Of a stretch of 45,204 bases of DNA, positions 25,046-34,565 are shown piece by piece. The position numbers and the translations under genes were made by a program. Positions within the stretch are counted from its first letter, which is position 1, and each line of letters opens with the position of its first letter. The stretch spans positions 1 through 45,204 of the forward strand of contig CAUSUG010000001.1 of assembly GCA_963534765.1 (NCBI GenBank). Direction: 5' to 3'. A model generated the notes under the pieces. It ran no database searches, was not told the DNA's origin, and was given only the letters and a program-made list of their open reading frames with translations. The stretch comes from an uncultured Oribacterium sp. (lineage in GTDB: Bacteria > Bacillota > Clostridia > Lachnospirales > Lachnospiraceae).

Positions 25046-26296
25046 TTACTCCTCCGAAGCGGAATTTACACGAAGGTAGTGGAATACTCTCCTTCCGGTT
25101 TCATCCTCGAAGGCGGAAAGACGAGCCAGAAAATCTTCTTCGAAAAGAATATCGGAAATGATGGCAAATTCATCCTTTCGTCCGGGAAGAACATGAACCT
25201 TTACCTTTCCATCCTCTACGAAGTAGCTCTTTAATTCCTTCTCAATTCCTTCTTCCGTCCCTTCAACGCGAAGAAAATAACGGAAAGCATTTCCGCCCAT
25301 GGGCTCTATTTCAATCATTTTATCAGACCAGCCGATTCCCTGGAAATTACTTTTATGACGCACTGCCGCAATAATATCGGAAACTACCGCACTGGCAGTA
25401 GGCAGCTTACCGGCTCCCATGCCGTAAAGCATGGTGGTTCCCAGGCAATTTCCTACGATACGAATCCCGTTATACACTCCATTTACCGGATAGAGAGGAT
25501 CCTGCTCCTCCACCATCATGGGGGCTACATAAGCAAAATACTTGTCCTCCACAGTCTGTACGGAACCCAAAAGCTTAATGCTGTATCCTAAGGCCTTGGC
25601 GTAAGCCATATCAATATCACTGACATTACGGATTCCTTCCGTGTAAATGTCCTCGTGGCGGCAACGATTGCCGGAGGTCATGGAAAGGAGGATGGCAGTC
25701 TTTCTGGAGGTATCAAAGCCGTCGATATCCGCAGAGGGATCTCTTTCCGCATAGCCCAGTCTTTGCGCTTCCTTCAAGGTGTCCTCAAAGCTGGAGCCTT
25801 CCTCCCTCATCTTGGTTAAGATAAAGTTAGTGGTGCCGTTTAAAATACCTGTGATTTCTGTCACATTTTCCCCGGCATAGTTATGATAAAGGGTACGAAT
25901 AACCGGAATTCCGCCACCTACGGAAGCCTCGAAATAGAAGTTACAGTTATGCTCCTTGGCAGTTCGAATCAGCTTGGAACCGCAGGCATCCACCACCGCC
26001 TTGTTAGAGCTTACCACATGCTTGCCCTTTTCCAGACAGCTTTTAATATACTCGTAAGCCGGATGAATTCCTCCGATAGATTCCACCACCAGCTCCACTT
26101 CCGGATCATTCTCAATGACGGAAAAATCTGTAGTGACCAGGGCATCCTCCACACCGGGAATATGCTCTTTTCTGGCCAGAATATACTTTATTTCAATACT
26201 TTCTCCGCCCTTTTTCTCAATCTGTGCCCTATTCATATCCAGCACTTCTTTCACGCCGGATCCGATGGTTCCGTAGCCCATGATGGCAATCTTCAT
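25046..26296 (-). CDS. hom: Homoserine dehydrogenase
   Basis: GYGTIGSG, HVVSSNK, FEASVGGGIP, GILNGTTNFIL, GYAERDPSADIDG, GAGKLPTASAV. Confidence 0.96.
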   Translation of the reverse strand: MKIAIMGYGTIGSGVKEVLDMNRAQIEKKGGESIEIKYILARKEHIPGVEDALVTTDFSVIENDPEVELVVESIGGIHPAYEYIKSCLEKGKHVVSSNKAVVDACGSKLIRTAKEHNCNFYFEASVGGGIPVIRTLYHNYAGENVTEITGILNGTTNFILTKMREEGSSFEDTLKEAQRLGYAERDPSADIDGFDTSRKTAILLSMTSGNRCRHEDIYTEGIRNVSDIDMAYAKALGYSIKLLGSVQTVEDKYFAYVAPMMVEEQDPLYPVNGVYNGIRIVGNCLGTTMLYGMGAGKLPTASAVVSDIIAAVRHKSNFQGIGWSDKMIEIEPMGGNAFRYFLRVEGTEEGIEKELKSYFVEDGKVKVHVLPGRKDEFAIISDILFEEDFLARLSAFEDETGRRVFHYLRVNSASEE

Positions 26297-26337
26297 CTCA
26301 TTCGCCCCTTTCTTCTCCTAAGAAACTTTTCCCATTT

Positions 26338-27474
26338 TTAGTCATTTCCCGCAATCTTTCGATCCGGACAGCCCAACTGCATCCACTTCAGATAAGCGGA
26401 AATGAAACGATCGATATCTCCATCCAAAACCGCATCCGTATTGCCGCTTTCTTCTCCTGTACGCAGGTCTTTTACCATACGATATGGCTGTAAAACATAA
26501 GAACGAATCTGGGATCCCCAGCCGTTATCCTTTACTTCTCCTCGAATGCCCGCAATCTTCGCTTCCTGCTCTTCCTTTTCCTTCAAATAAAGCTTGGTCT
26601 TTAACATCTGCATGGCCTTGTTTTTGTTCTGAATCTGAGAACGTTCCTCCTGACAGGCTGCCACAAAGCCGGTGGGAATATGAATCAAACGAACCGCAGA
26701 GGAGGTCTTGTTAATATGCTGTCCACCTGCACCGGAGGCACGGAATACCTCCATCTTAATGTCCTCTTCCCGAATCTCAATGTCGATATCCGTCTCGATA
26801 TCCGGCATAACGTCACAGGATACAAAGGAGGTCTGCCGCTTTCCCTGGGCATTAAAGGGAGAAATACGAACCAAACGATGGATGCCGGATTCGGAGCGAA
26901 GATAGCCGTAGGCATACTCTCCCACCACCTCCATGGTAACGGACTTAATGCCGGCCTCATCTCCATCCAGATAGTCTAAAATCTTCACCGTAAAACCGTG
27001 GCGTTCCGCCCATCTGGTGTACATTCTGTAAAGAATGCCTGCCCAGTCATTGGCCTCCGTTCCGCCTGCTCCGGCATTTAAGCGAAGGATAACGTTCATG
27101 CTGTCATATTCTCCGGAAAGGAGGAGGGTGGTGTTCATCTGATCCAGTTTTTCAGAAAAGCTGTCCAGTAGCTCTCGGATTTCAGGAATCACAGAATCAT
27201 CATTTTCCTCTTTTCCCATCTGAATCAGGGCTTCAATATCCTCATAATTGCCTTTTAGCGCAGTAAAGCCTTCCAGCTCATCCTTCAAATGTCTCGCCTC
27301 TGTGGAAAGCTTGTTGGCCTTCTCCGGATTCCCCCAAAAATCGGGTTCCTCCATCATACGGTCCAACTCTATGATTCTTTTTCTCTTGGTATCCAAGTCC
27401 AGGGCAGCTTCCAACTGCTGTAAGGGCTCTTCCTTGGAGGAAAGTTCTGATTTAAATTGATCAAACTCAATCAC
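26338..27474 (-). CDS. prfB: Peptide chain release factor 2, a single ORF with no programmed frameshift
   Basis: GAGGTEANDW, RLVRISPF (SPF), ASGAGGQHIN (GGQ), WGSQIRSY; GTG start after AAAGGAG; follows secA. Confidence 0.97.
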   Translation of the reverse strand: MIEFDQFKSELSSKEEPLQQLEAALDLDTKRKRIIELDRMMEEPDFWGNPEKANKLSTEARHLKDELEGFTALKGNYEDIEALIQMGKEENDDSVIPEIRELLDSFSEKLDQMNTTLLLSGEYDSMNVILRLNAGAGGTEANDWAGILYRMYTRWAERHGFTVKILDYLDGDEAGIKSVTMEVVGEYAYGYLRSESGIHRLVRISPFNAQGKRQTSFVSCDVMPDIETDIDIEIREEDIKMEVFRASGAGGQHINKTSSAVRLIHIPTGFVAACQEERSQIQNKNKAMQMLKTKLYLKEKEEQEAKIAGIRGEVKDNGWGSQIRSYVLQPYRMVKDLRTGEESGNTDAVLDGDIDRFISAYLKWMQLGCPDRKIAGND

Positions 27475-27571
27475 AGAGGCTCCTTTCTCATGCTCTTCTT
27501 ACTTTACTTTCTCTATTTCTTCTTGCTATTTAATCCTTATTTTTTACTGCAGTAACTCTTCTTTTCGGGAA

Positions 27572-30157
27572 TTAGTCCTTCTTATAGAGGTTGGCGCCGT
27601 GACACTGCTTATACTTCTTTCCGGAACCGCAGGGACATGGGTCGTTGGGATAAATCTTTCTTCCTTCTCTTTGCTTCGGACTTCTAACCGCAGACTCATC
27701 TCTGTTGGTAGCCAGAGGCTTTGCCACCTGCTCTCTTTCCACCTTCTGCTCCAGCTTAATCTGGTACAGCACTCTTATGGTTTCTTCCTGAATACTTCTC
27801 ATCATATTCTGGAACATCTCATAGCCGGCAATCTTGTACTCTACCAAGGGATCCTTCTGTCCGTAAGCCTGCAAACCGATACCGTCTCTTAGGATATCCA
27901 TGTCATCAATATGGCTCATCCACTTCTGATCCATAACCTTCAGAAGAATTACTCGCTCAGCCTCACGCATCTGCTCCGGATTCGGGAACTCCGCCTCTTT
28001 CTGCTCATAAAGGCGAATGGCTTCTTCCTTCAGTCTCTGGCTCAGCTCATCTCCGGTCATGTTCTCATATTCCTCTTCCGTAAGTCTTAACTTCTTTAAA
28101 GGAATAATGCTCATCAGGGTGTCATTTAAGCCGGACAAATCCCATTCCTTGGGGGTTTGTCCCTCTCCGATACACTCGGCAACATAATTATCCACTGTAT
28201 CCGTGATAAAGCGTACGATGAGAGGACGCATATTGTCCCCTTCCAATACCTTTTCTCTCTCGGTATAGATAACATCTCTTTGATCGTTGTTGACCTCATC
28301 ATACTTTAAGAGGTTTTCACGGATGCCGTAGTTGTTTAATTCAATCTTTTCCTGGGCCTTGGCAATGGCGTTGGAAAGCATCTTATGATGAATCTGTTCT
28401 CCATCCGGTACACCCAGAGCCTCAAACATGCCCATCAATCTTTCGGAACCGAAGAGACGCATCAAATCATCTTCCAGGGAAATAAAGAACTGGGACTGTC
28501 CCGGGTCTCCCTGTCTTCCGGCACGACCTCTTAACTGATTGTCGATTCTTCGAGACTCGTGACGCTCCGTACCCACAATATGAAGACCGCCGGCAGCCTT
28601 TGCCTCATCATCCAGTTTAATATCGGTACCACGACCTGCCATGTTGGTGGCAATGGTTACCGCACCGTGTACACCGGCCTCTGCTACGATAGCTGCCTCC
28701 TGCTCATGGAACTTGGCGTTTAATACATTGTGCTTAATACCTCTCTTCCGAAGCATGGAGGATAAAAGCTCGGATGTTTCGATGGCAATGGTACCCACCA
28801 GTACCGGGGCTCCGGTCTCGTGGATAGCCTGAATCTCATCCACTACCGCCTGGAACTTCTCCTTCTTAGACTTATATACCGCATCATCCAAATCAATTCT
28901 CTGTACCGGTCTGTTGGTAGGAATCTGGATAACGTCCATGGAGTAAATGTTTCGAAACTCCTTTTCCTCGGTCTGTGCAGTACCGGTCATTCCGGCCTTC
29001 TTCTTGAACTTGTTGAAGAAGTTCTGGAAGGTAATGGTAGCCAAGGTTCTGGGCTCTCTCTTTACCTGTACATGCTCCTTCGCCTCGATTGCCTGATGTA
29101 AGCCGTCTGAATAACGACGACCGTTCATGATACGGCCGGTAAATTCATCAACGATTAAAACCTCGTCATCCTTTACTACATAATCCTTATCTCTAAACAT
29201 CAGATTATGCGCTCTTAAAGCCAGGATAATGTTGTGCTGGATTTCCAGATTCTCCGCATCCGCAAGGTTTTGAATATGGAAGTACTTCTCTACCTTCTCC
29301 ACACCCTGCTGGGTAAGGTTTACGGTCTTTTCCTTCTCATTAACGATAAAATCTCCGGTTTCTTCAATTTCCTCTCCCAAAATTGCATTAATTTTGGAAA
29401 ATTCCGCAGACTCTTCTCCTCTTTCCAGCTGCTGTGCCAAAATGTCGCAAAGCTCATAGAGCTTGGTAGACTTTCCGGACTGTCCGGAAATAATCAAAGG
29501 TGTTCTTGCCTCGTCGATTAAAACAGAGTCCACCTCATCGATGATACAATAATTCAAGCCTCGAAGCACCTGCTGACTCTTGTAAATTGCCATATTGTCT
29601 CTCAGGTAATCAAAGCCCAATTCATTGTTGGTCACATAGGTAATATCACAAGCATAGGCTGCCTGTCTTTCCTCTGTGGACATCTCATTCAAAACCGTAC
29701 CGACGGTTAAACCAAGGTAACGATGCACTCTTCCCATCCACTCGGAGTCACGCTTTGCCAGGTAATCGTTTACGGTAACGACATGAACGCCATTGCCGGC
29801 AAGCGCATTCAAATAAGCGGGGCAGGTAGACACCAGGGTCTTTCCTTCTCCCGTTCTCATCTCCGCAATACGTCCCTGATGAAGAACGATTCCACCAATC
29901 AGCTGTACGGGGAAATGTTCCATACCCAGCTCTCTCTTAGCCGCTTCTCTAACGGTAGCAAAGGCTTCGGGCAATAAGTCATCCAGGGTTTCTCCCTGTG
30001 CCAAGCGGTTTTTAAATTTCTCTGTCTGCCCCTTAAGCTCTTCCTCCGACATAGCTGCCATAGTGCTTTGTAAAGAAAGGATTTTATCCAGCTTAGGTTG
30101 AATCAGCTTTAATTCTCTCTGTGAGTGGGTACCAAATATTTTCTCGAAAAGATTCAT
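27572..30157 (-). CDS. secA: Preprotein translocase ATPase SecA
   Basis: MRTGEGKT, IDEVDSVLIDEARTPLIISG, ATNMAGRGTDI, QLRGRAGRQGDPG, C-terminal CPCGSGKKYKQCH; start at MNLFEK after AAGGAG. Confidence 0.99.
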   Translation of the reverse strand: MNLFEKIFGTHSQRELKLIQPKLDKILSLQSTMAAMSEEELKGQTEKFKNRLAQGETLDDLLPEAFATVREAAKRELGMEHFPVQLIGGIVLHQGRIAEMRTGEGKTLVSTCPAYLNALAGNGVHVVTVNDYLAKRDSEWMGRVHRYLGLTVGTVLNEMSTEERQAAYACDITYVTNNELGFDYLRDNMAIYKSQQVLRGLNYCIIDEVDSVLIDEARTPLIISGQSGKSTKLYELCDILAQQLERGEESAEFSKINAILGEEIEETGDFIVNEKEKTVNLTQQGVEKVEKYFHIQNLADAENLEIQHNIILALRAHNLMFRDKDYVVKDDEVLIVDEFTGRIMNGRRYSDGLHQAIEAKEHVQVKREPRTLATITFQNFFNKFKKKAGMTGTAQTEEKEFRNIYSMDVIQIPTNRPVQRIDLDDAVYKSKKEKFQAVVDEIQAIHETGAPVLVGTIAIETSELLSSMLRKRGIKHNVLNAKFHEQEAAIVAEAGVHGAVTIATNMAGRGTDIKLDDEAKAAGGLHIVGTERHESRRIDNQLRGRAGRQGDPGQSQFFISLEDDLMRLFGSERLMGMFEALGVPDGEQIHHKMLSNAIAKAQEKIELNNYGIRENLLKYDEVNNDQRDVIYTEREKVLEGDNMRPLIVRFITDTVDNYVAECIGEGQTPKEWDLSGLNDTLMSIIPLKKLRLTEEEYENMTGDELSQRLKEEAIRLYEQKEAEFPNPEQMREAERVILLKVMDQKWMSHIDDMDILRDGIGLQAYGQKDPLVEYKIAGYEMFQNMMRSIQEETIRVLYQIKLEQKVEREQVAKPLATNRDESAVRSPKQREGRKIYPNDPCPCGSGKKYKQCHGANLYKKD

Positions 30158-30218
30158 TATCCTATACTCCTTCTCCATACAATCTCTGTATGGTTCCGTA
30201 TAAATCTATAACTCATAG

Positions 30219-30247
30219 ATTCTACCATTAGTTCCAAGCTTATTCAA
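30219..30247 (-). promoter_or_regulatory. Sigma-A promoter for secA-prfB
   Basis: TTGAAT-N17-TAGAAT with extended TGn. Confidence 0.65.
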
Positions 30248-30371
30248 GGTGTTTCAGCCACACAGATTTGTTGATTATTCACAAGATTTTCATATCCTTA
30301 GATGAAAAAAAATGCTATACTCAAGAAAAGAAGAAATTCTTTTGGACTACATAGAAAGGAAGGAATTTTTT

Positions 30372-30902
30372 ATGAAAATTACCATTACCGGAAGAAACCT
30401 TAGTCTAACCGATGGACTAAAAAATGGCGTGGAGAAGAAGTTAGGGAAGCTGGATAAGTTTTTCCAGGCGGAAACCCCCTGTAACGTAACACTTTCTACC
30501 CAAAAGGATATGCAAAAGATCGAGGTAACCATCCCCGTAAAGGGAAGCGTAATCCGTGCAGAGGAAGCTACCGAAGATATGTACCAGTCTATTGATCTTG
30601 TGGTGGATGTTCTGGAGCGGCAGATTCGTAAATACAAGAACAAATTAATTCAGCGTCATCAGGCAGGTTCCGACTTTAGTTCGGAATTCATCGATGAGAA
30701 GCCGGCACAGGACGAGGAAGAAATCAAGATTGTTCGTACCAAGCACATTGATTTAAAGCCTATGACTGCAGAAGAAGCTTGTTTGCAAATGGAGCTTCTG
30801 GGACACAGCTTCTTTGTTTTCCAGGATGGCAACACCGGCAAGGTCAATGTAGTCTATAAGAGAAAGGCCAACAGCTACGGCTTAATCGAGCCGGAGGAAT
30901 AA
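30372..30902 (+). CDS. hpf: Ribosome hibernation promoting factor (long HPF)
   Basis: MKITITGRN, DMYQSID...LERQIRKYK, C-terminal KPMTAEEACLQMELLGHSFFVF...VVYKR..YGLIEP. Confidence 0.96.
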   Translation: MKITITGRNLSLTDGLKNGVEKKLGKLDKFFQAETPCNVTLSTQKDMQKIEVTIPVKGSVIRAEEATEDMYQSIDLVVDVLERQIRKYKNKLIQRHQAGSDFSSEFIDEKPAQDEEEIKIVRTKHIDLKPMTAEEACLQMELLGHSFFVFQDGNTGKVNVVYKRKANSYGLIEPEE

Positions 30903-30917
30903 TACCTTAAAATATTT

Positions 30918-30945
30918 AAAAGGGAGCTGTACAGCTCCCTTTTTT
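30918..30945. terminator. Bidirectional terminator (perfect 26-bp palindrome)
   Basis: AAAAGGGAGCTGTACAGCTCCCTTTT between convergent hpf and the ligase-like gene. Confidence 0.9.
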
Positions 30946-32554
30946 ATTCCACTCTCTTTCCTGCAATTCCCAAAAAGCACAGAAGCATCACAATGGGCAT
31001 TACAATGGGTACCGCAATATTGATACTGGCCTGAGTGAGATAAGCCAGATAAGCCAGGCTTACCGCAAAGGGAAAGGCAGTTTGTCCGAAAGTTGCTTCC
31101 GCTGAATTCTCAGTCTCTTTCTTCCAAAACACGGTGAAGACATTTTTCAGGAAAAAAAGATAGGCTAAAAGTCCAAAAACACCGATGGTCAAAAGCAAAT
31201 TCAGATATTCATTATGAATACTGTCAATCAGTCCCATACCGGCCTGTTCCACTTCCACCTTATAATTGTCGTTAGTCAGCATAAAATATCCGTCCGGCCC
31301 ATAGCCGAAAAATCTCTTAAGCATAGGCATCTTGTCTCGGAAGTATTCCATACCCATCCTCCAGATAAAGCCTCTTCCGGTTCCCCAAGAATCATCAAAG
31401 CGTAAAAATTGGCTGAACTGTTCCAGCGCCGGATAGCGATGCATCACATTTACATCATAGATGGCATAGGCTCCTGCCATGAAGAACAGGATTAAAAGCA
31501 GGACATAAAGCCTCTTGAAAAGCTTCATGGACAATTCCTTCTTGCTGAATCTTCCCAAAGCCCAAAGGATGCCGGTGAGTCCCATGCCCAGATAAGGAAG
31601 AATCGTCTTTCCCATGGAAAATAGAAATCCCGGTGGAGAAATCTGCAGAATGCTTTGTCCCTTTCCGGCAAGAAGCACGGAAAGCTTCAAAGAAAGGAAA
31701 AATAAGAAATACACGGAAAGACAGGTTCCGAAGCTTTTGTTGTCCTTCCAGCTAAAAAACGGTAGGACCAGAAAAACAAAGAAGTAGCCGATGACTGCGT
31801 TGTCGCTACTTCCGAAGATTGTAGCAATGTGGCAAAGCAACATCATTCCCATAAAAAAGTGCTTCCAGCGAAGCTCCTTCTCCTGCAAATATAAACCGGT
31901 ATAGAGGCAGGCATAAAATAAAACAAGGCTGGTATAGCCGTTGATATTGCCCACAGGTCCCGCGAACATCGCCCACTTGGATAAGTCCGAAACATTGTCG
32001 AAGAAATGCATATAGTTCATCATGTAAAAATCGCTGATTCCCCATAAGCACTGTAAAACCACGCCTACAGAAAACAGGAGAAGATGAAACTTTTTAAAGC
32101 GATAAAATCTACTAAGGCCAAGATACACCGTAAAGAAAAGCAGCCAGGTCAGAACCCCCATATATCTTCCCGTGTTTCCCCACCAAGTTTCGTAGGGGTA
32201 CCCGGAAAGAAACATAGAAATAAAGAATAAAAGAAGCAAAAGGCAAAAGGGAATATCCGTAGCAAACAAAGTTTTCTTTTTCCCCTCTTCTACCTTCCAA
32301 AAAAGAGAAGGAAGAATCTCTTCTCGTTCTTCCTTCTTCAAAGTCAGGGCATACAAGGCCACAAAAGCAATCAGTATGATTGAAAAAACGCTACTACATA
32401 TCCAAAAAAAATCAAAACGTGCCTGTAAGATATCAAAATATTTATCTCGAGAATATAGGGGGAAAAGCAAAAGCATCAATACAAGGTAAAGTAAGCAAAT
32501 TCCATTTCCAATTGTATAAAAGTCTCTTTTGGCTTTCGACTCTTTCCGTTCCAT
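30944..32554 (-). CDS. O-antigen ligase / Wzy_C family multi-pass membrane protein
   Basis: 12 or more TM segments; GPVGNING, WGTGRGFIW, FFGYGPDGY, DSIHNEYLNLLLTIGVFG. Confidence 0.85.
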   Translation of the reverse strand: MERKESKAKRDFYTIGNGICLLYLVLMLLLFPLYSRDKYFDILQARFDFFWICSSVFSIILIAFVALYALTLKKEEREEILPSLFWKVEEGKKKTLFATDIPFCLLLLLFFISMFLSGYPYETWWGNTGRYMGVLTWLLFFTVYLGLSRFYRFKKFHLLLFSVGVVLQCLWGISDFYMMNYMHFFDNVSDLSKWAMFAGPVGNINGYTSLVLFYACLYTGLYLQEKELRWKHFFMGMMLLCHIATIFGSSDNAVIGYFFVFLVLPFFSWKDNKSFGTCLSVYFLFFLSLKLSVLLAGKGQSILQISPPGFLFSMGKTILPYLGMGLTGILWALGRFSKKELSMKLFKRLYVLLLILFFMAGAYAIYDVNVMHRYPALEQFSQFLRFDDSWGTGRGFIWRMGMEYFRDKMPMLKRFFGYGPDGYFMLTNDNYKVEVEQAGMGLIDSIHNEYLNLLLTIGVFGLLAYLFFLKNVFTVFWKKETENSAEATFGQTAFPFAVSLAYLAYLTQASINIAVPIVMPIVMLLCFLGIAGKRVE

Positions 32555-32593
32555 TTTTCTTCTCTTCCCCCTTTTATAGTCGTCATAACAGCA

Positions 32594-34492
32594 CTAATCT
32601 ACAATCGCTCCCGGTCCGCCTTCATCCCCTGCATTGCCGGCGTTTGCTCCGGTAGGCGGTCCGTTTCCTATACTGGCTTCAGTAGAATTTTCCTTTTTCT
32701 TGCTTTCTTCAGTGGTTTTCTTCGTTTCTTCAGTGGTTTTCTTCGTTTCTTCCGTAGTTTTCTTCGTTTCTTCCGTGCTACTCTTCGTTTCTTCCGTATA
32801 TTGAATTTCGCCCTTTTTACTTTCCTTTGTTTCTTGCTTCGTTTCTGAGCTCTTTGTATTTTCTACAGTTTTCCCGTTGCTGTCCGTCTCTGTCTTGGAC
32901 TTCTTGGACTCAGCGCTCTCCTCGGACTGAGATTTCTTCTTTCCGCTTTCTTCCGAGGAGCTCTTCTTCTTTTTACTGTTCTCCTCTTCCTCTTTATCTT
33001 CTGAGGATTTCTTCTTTTTGGAGCTGCTGTCGCTGTCTCCTCTTCCGTTCTTATAGCTTCCGGAATCCTCCGCAATCTTATCACTGTATGTCCAAACCGC
33101 AGACGAAGGCTTGTAGTCCGTATCATTAAAGAGATAAGCATGAAGCTTGGTTACGTTGGAGGCCAAGCTCTGAGGAATAACGCAATCTCCCTTCTTACCC
33201 ATCATTTGTGTGGTTAAATCATAGGGGAAGCCTTCGGAACCTACAATATTGTATCGATTAACGCCCTTGGCCAACTCTAAGATATCTCCCACATCCACAT
33301 TAAAGGCAATCTGAGGAAGAACGGTATCAATAACATTGGTCAAGGTGGCTAAATCCGCCTTTTTGGCATTGGCAAGAACCTGAGAGATAACCTCTCTTTG
33401 TCTCTTTGTTCTGGTAAAGTCATCATCCATGTAACGAAGTCTGGCATATGCTACCGCCTGAACGCCGTCCAAATGCTGCATTCCCGGTCCCTTGATATAC
33501 TCCGCCGCAGGATTCTTCTCATTGACCTTGGACTCAATACTGGTCTCATGAATATAGGCATTCATGTAACGGAATTCCTTCTGGGTAATGTCAATATCCA
33601 CACCTCCCAGCATGGTAATCACATCCGCCACTGCTCTCCAGTTAAAGGTAGCATAGTGTTCAATATCCAAATCCAGGTTTTTATTGAGTGCCGCAACCGC
33701 CTGTTCCGGGCCTCCATCCGCATAAGCCTCGTTAATCTTGGCGAAACGGGAGCCTGCTGCCAGGTTCAAATAGGTGTCACGAAATACGGAAGCCAGCTTG
33801 ACCTCTCCCGTGCCCCTGTCAATACAAACAATAATCTGCACATCCGCATTGGCTCCCCGGCCCACTCCGCCGTCACGGGAGTCTACACCGAAAACGGCAA
33901 TGGTCCAGTAGCCCTGCATCTGCTCCTGCTTTTTGACATCGATATTGTCATTCTTAACGTTCTTTGTATTAAACTGCACATCCGGCTTGATATTCATGTA
34001 GCGAACCACATAACCGGTACAGAAAATCATAATCAAAGTGAGAATTTCGATAACGGAAATCAGAAGAATCTTCTTCCACAAAGATTTCTTCTTTTTATTC
34101 TTCTCATCATAATACTCTTCCAGCTCTTCCTCGATCTGATCCGGAGAATTCACCTGCAAAATATCTAAAGAGCTCTTGCGCTTCTCCTCGTTTCTTTCCT
34201 TGGGAAGGGTATAGAAGTCCGGATTTTTTTCCCTCTTTCCCTCTTGGGAAAGCTTCCTATCCAAAAAAGACAGATCTTCCTTCCCCTGATCTCTTCCTGT
34301 AGGCCGGTCTTCCTGCAAGCGCTTCCCTCTTGCAATCTGTGCCTTTAAATCCTGCTCTTTCTCGGAAAAGGGAGCATTCTCCCTCTTCTTTATTTCTGAC
34401 GCGTTCTTCACTTCCGCAGAAGAACTATGATTGCTCTCTTTGTTTCCGCTATGACTATGAGGTCTTCTCCCCTTATTCTGTTCTAATGCCAC
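32594..34492 (-). CDS. LCP (LytR-CpsA-Psr) family glycopolymer transferase with long charged N-terminus and Ser/Thr/Glu/Lys-rich tail
   Basis: One TM; FGVDSR, SVFRDT, KINEAY, LDGVQAVAYARLRYMDDDFTRTKRQR; GTG start at 34492 after GGAGG. Confidence 0.93.
   Translation of the reverse strand: MALEQNKGRRPHSHSGNKESNHSSSAEVKNASEIKKRENAPFSEKEQDLKAQIARGKRLQEDRPTGRDQGKEDLSFLDRKLSQEGKREKNPDFYTLPKERNEEKRKSSLDILQVNSPDQIEEELEEYYDEKNKKKKSLWKKILLISVIEILTLIMIFCTGYVVRYMNIKPDVQFNTKNVKNDNIDVKKQEQMQGYWTIAVFGVDSRDGGVGRGANADVQIIVCIDRGTGEVKLASVFRDTYLNLAAGSRFAKINEAYADGGPEQAVAALNKNLDLDIEHYATFNWRAVADVITMLGGVDIDITQKEFRYMNAYIHETSIESKVNEKNPAAEYIKGPGMQHLDGVQAVAYARLRYMDDDFTRTKRQREVISQVLANAKKADLATLTNVIDTVLPQIAFNVDVGDILELAKGVNRYNIVGSEGFPYDLTTQMMGKKGDCVIPQSLASNVTKLHAYLFNDTDYKPSSAVWTYSDKIAEDSGSYKNGRGDSDSSSKKKKSSEDKEEEENSKKKKSSSEESGKKKSQSEESAESKKSKTETDSNGKTVENTKSSETKQETKESKKGEIQYTEETKSSTEETKKTTEETKKTTEETKKTTEESKKKENSTEASIGNGPPTGANAGNAGDEGGPGAIVD
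32704..32797 (-). repeat. 21-bp coding tandem repeat (TEETKKT, about 5 copies) in the LCP tail
   Basis: TTTCTTCAGTGGTTTTCTTCG-type units; TEETKSS-TEETKKT x3-TEESKKK. Confidence 0.9.
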
Positions 34493-34565
34493 ACTACTCC
34501 TCCAAATCGATTTCAAAGCTTATTTTACAGGAATCAAGGTATAATACCATGAAAATACAAAAAAA

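Noticed and set aside
27572..30157. Accessory SecA2 system
   Set aside because: Full-length SecA with the C-terminal Zn motif in the canonical secA-prfB context; no secY2/asp genes
30268..30284. TTGTTGA-TTA-TTCACAA upstream of hpf as a Rex operator
   Set aside because: Spacer is 3 nt rather than the 4 nt of the 18-bp Rex box; not supportable without a PWM scan
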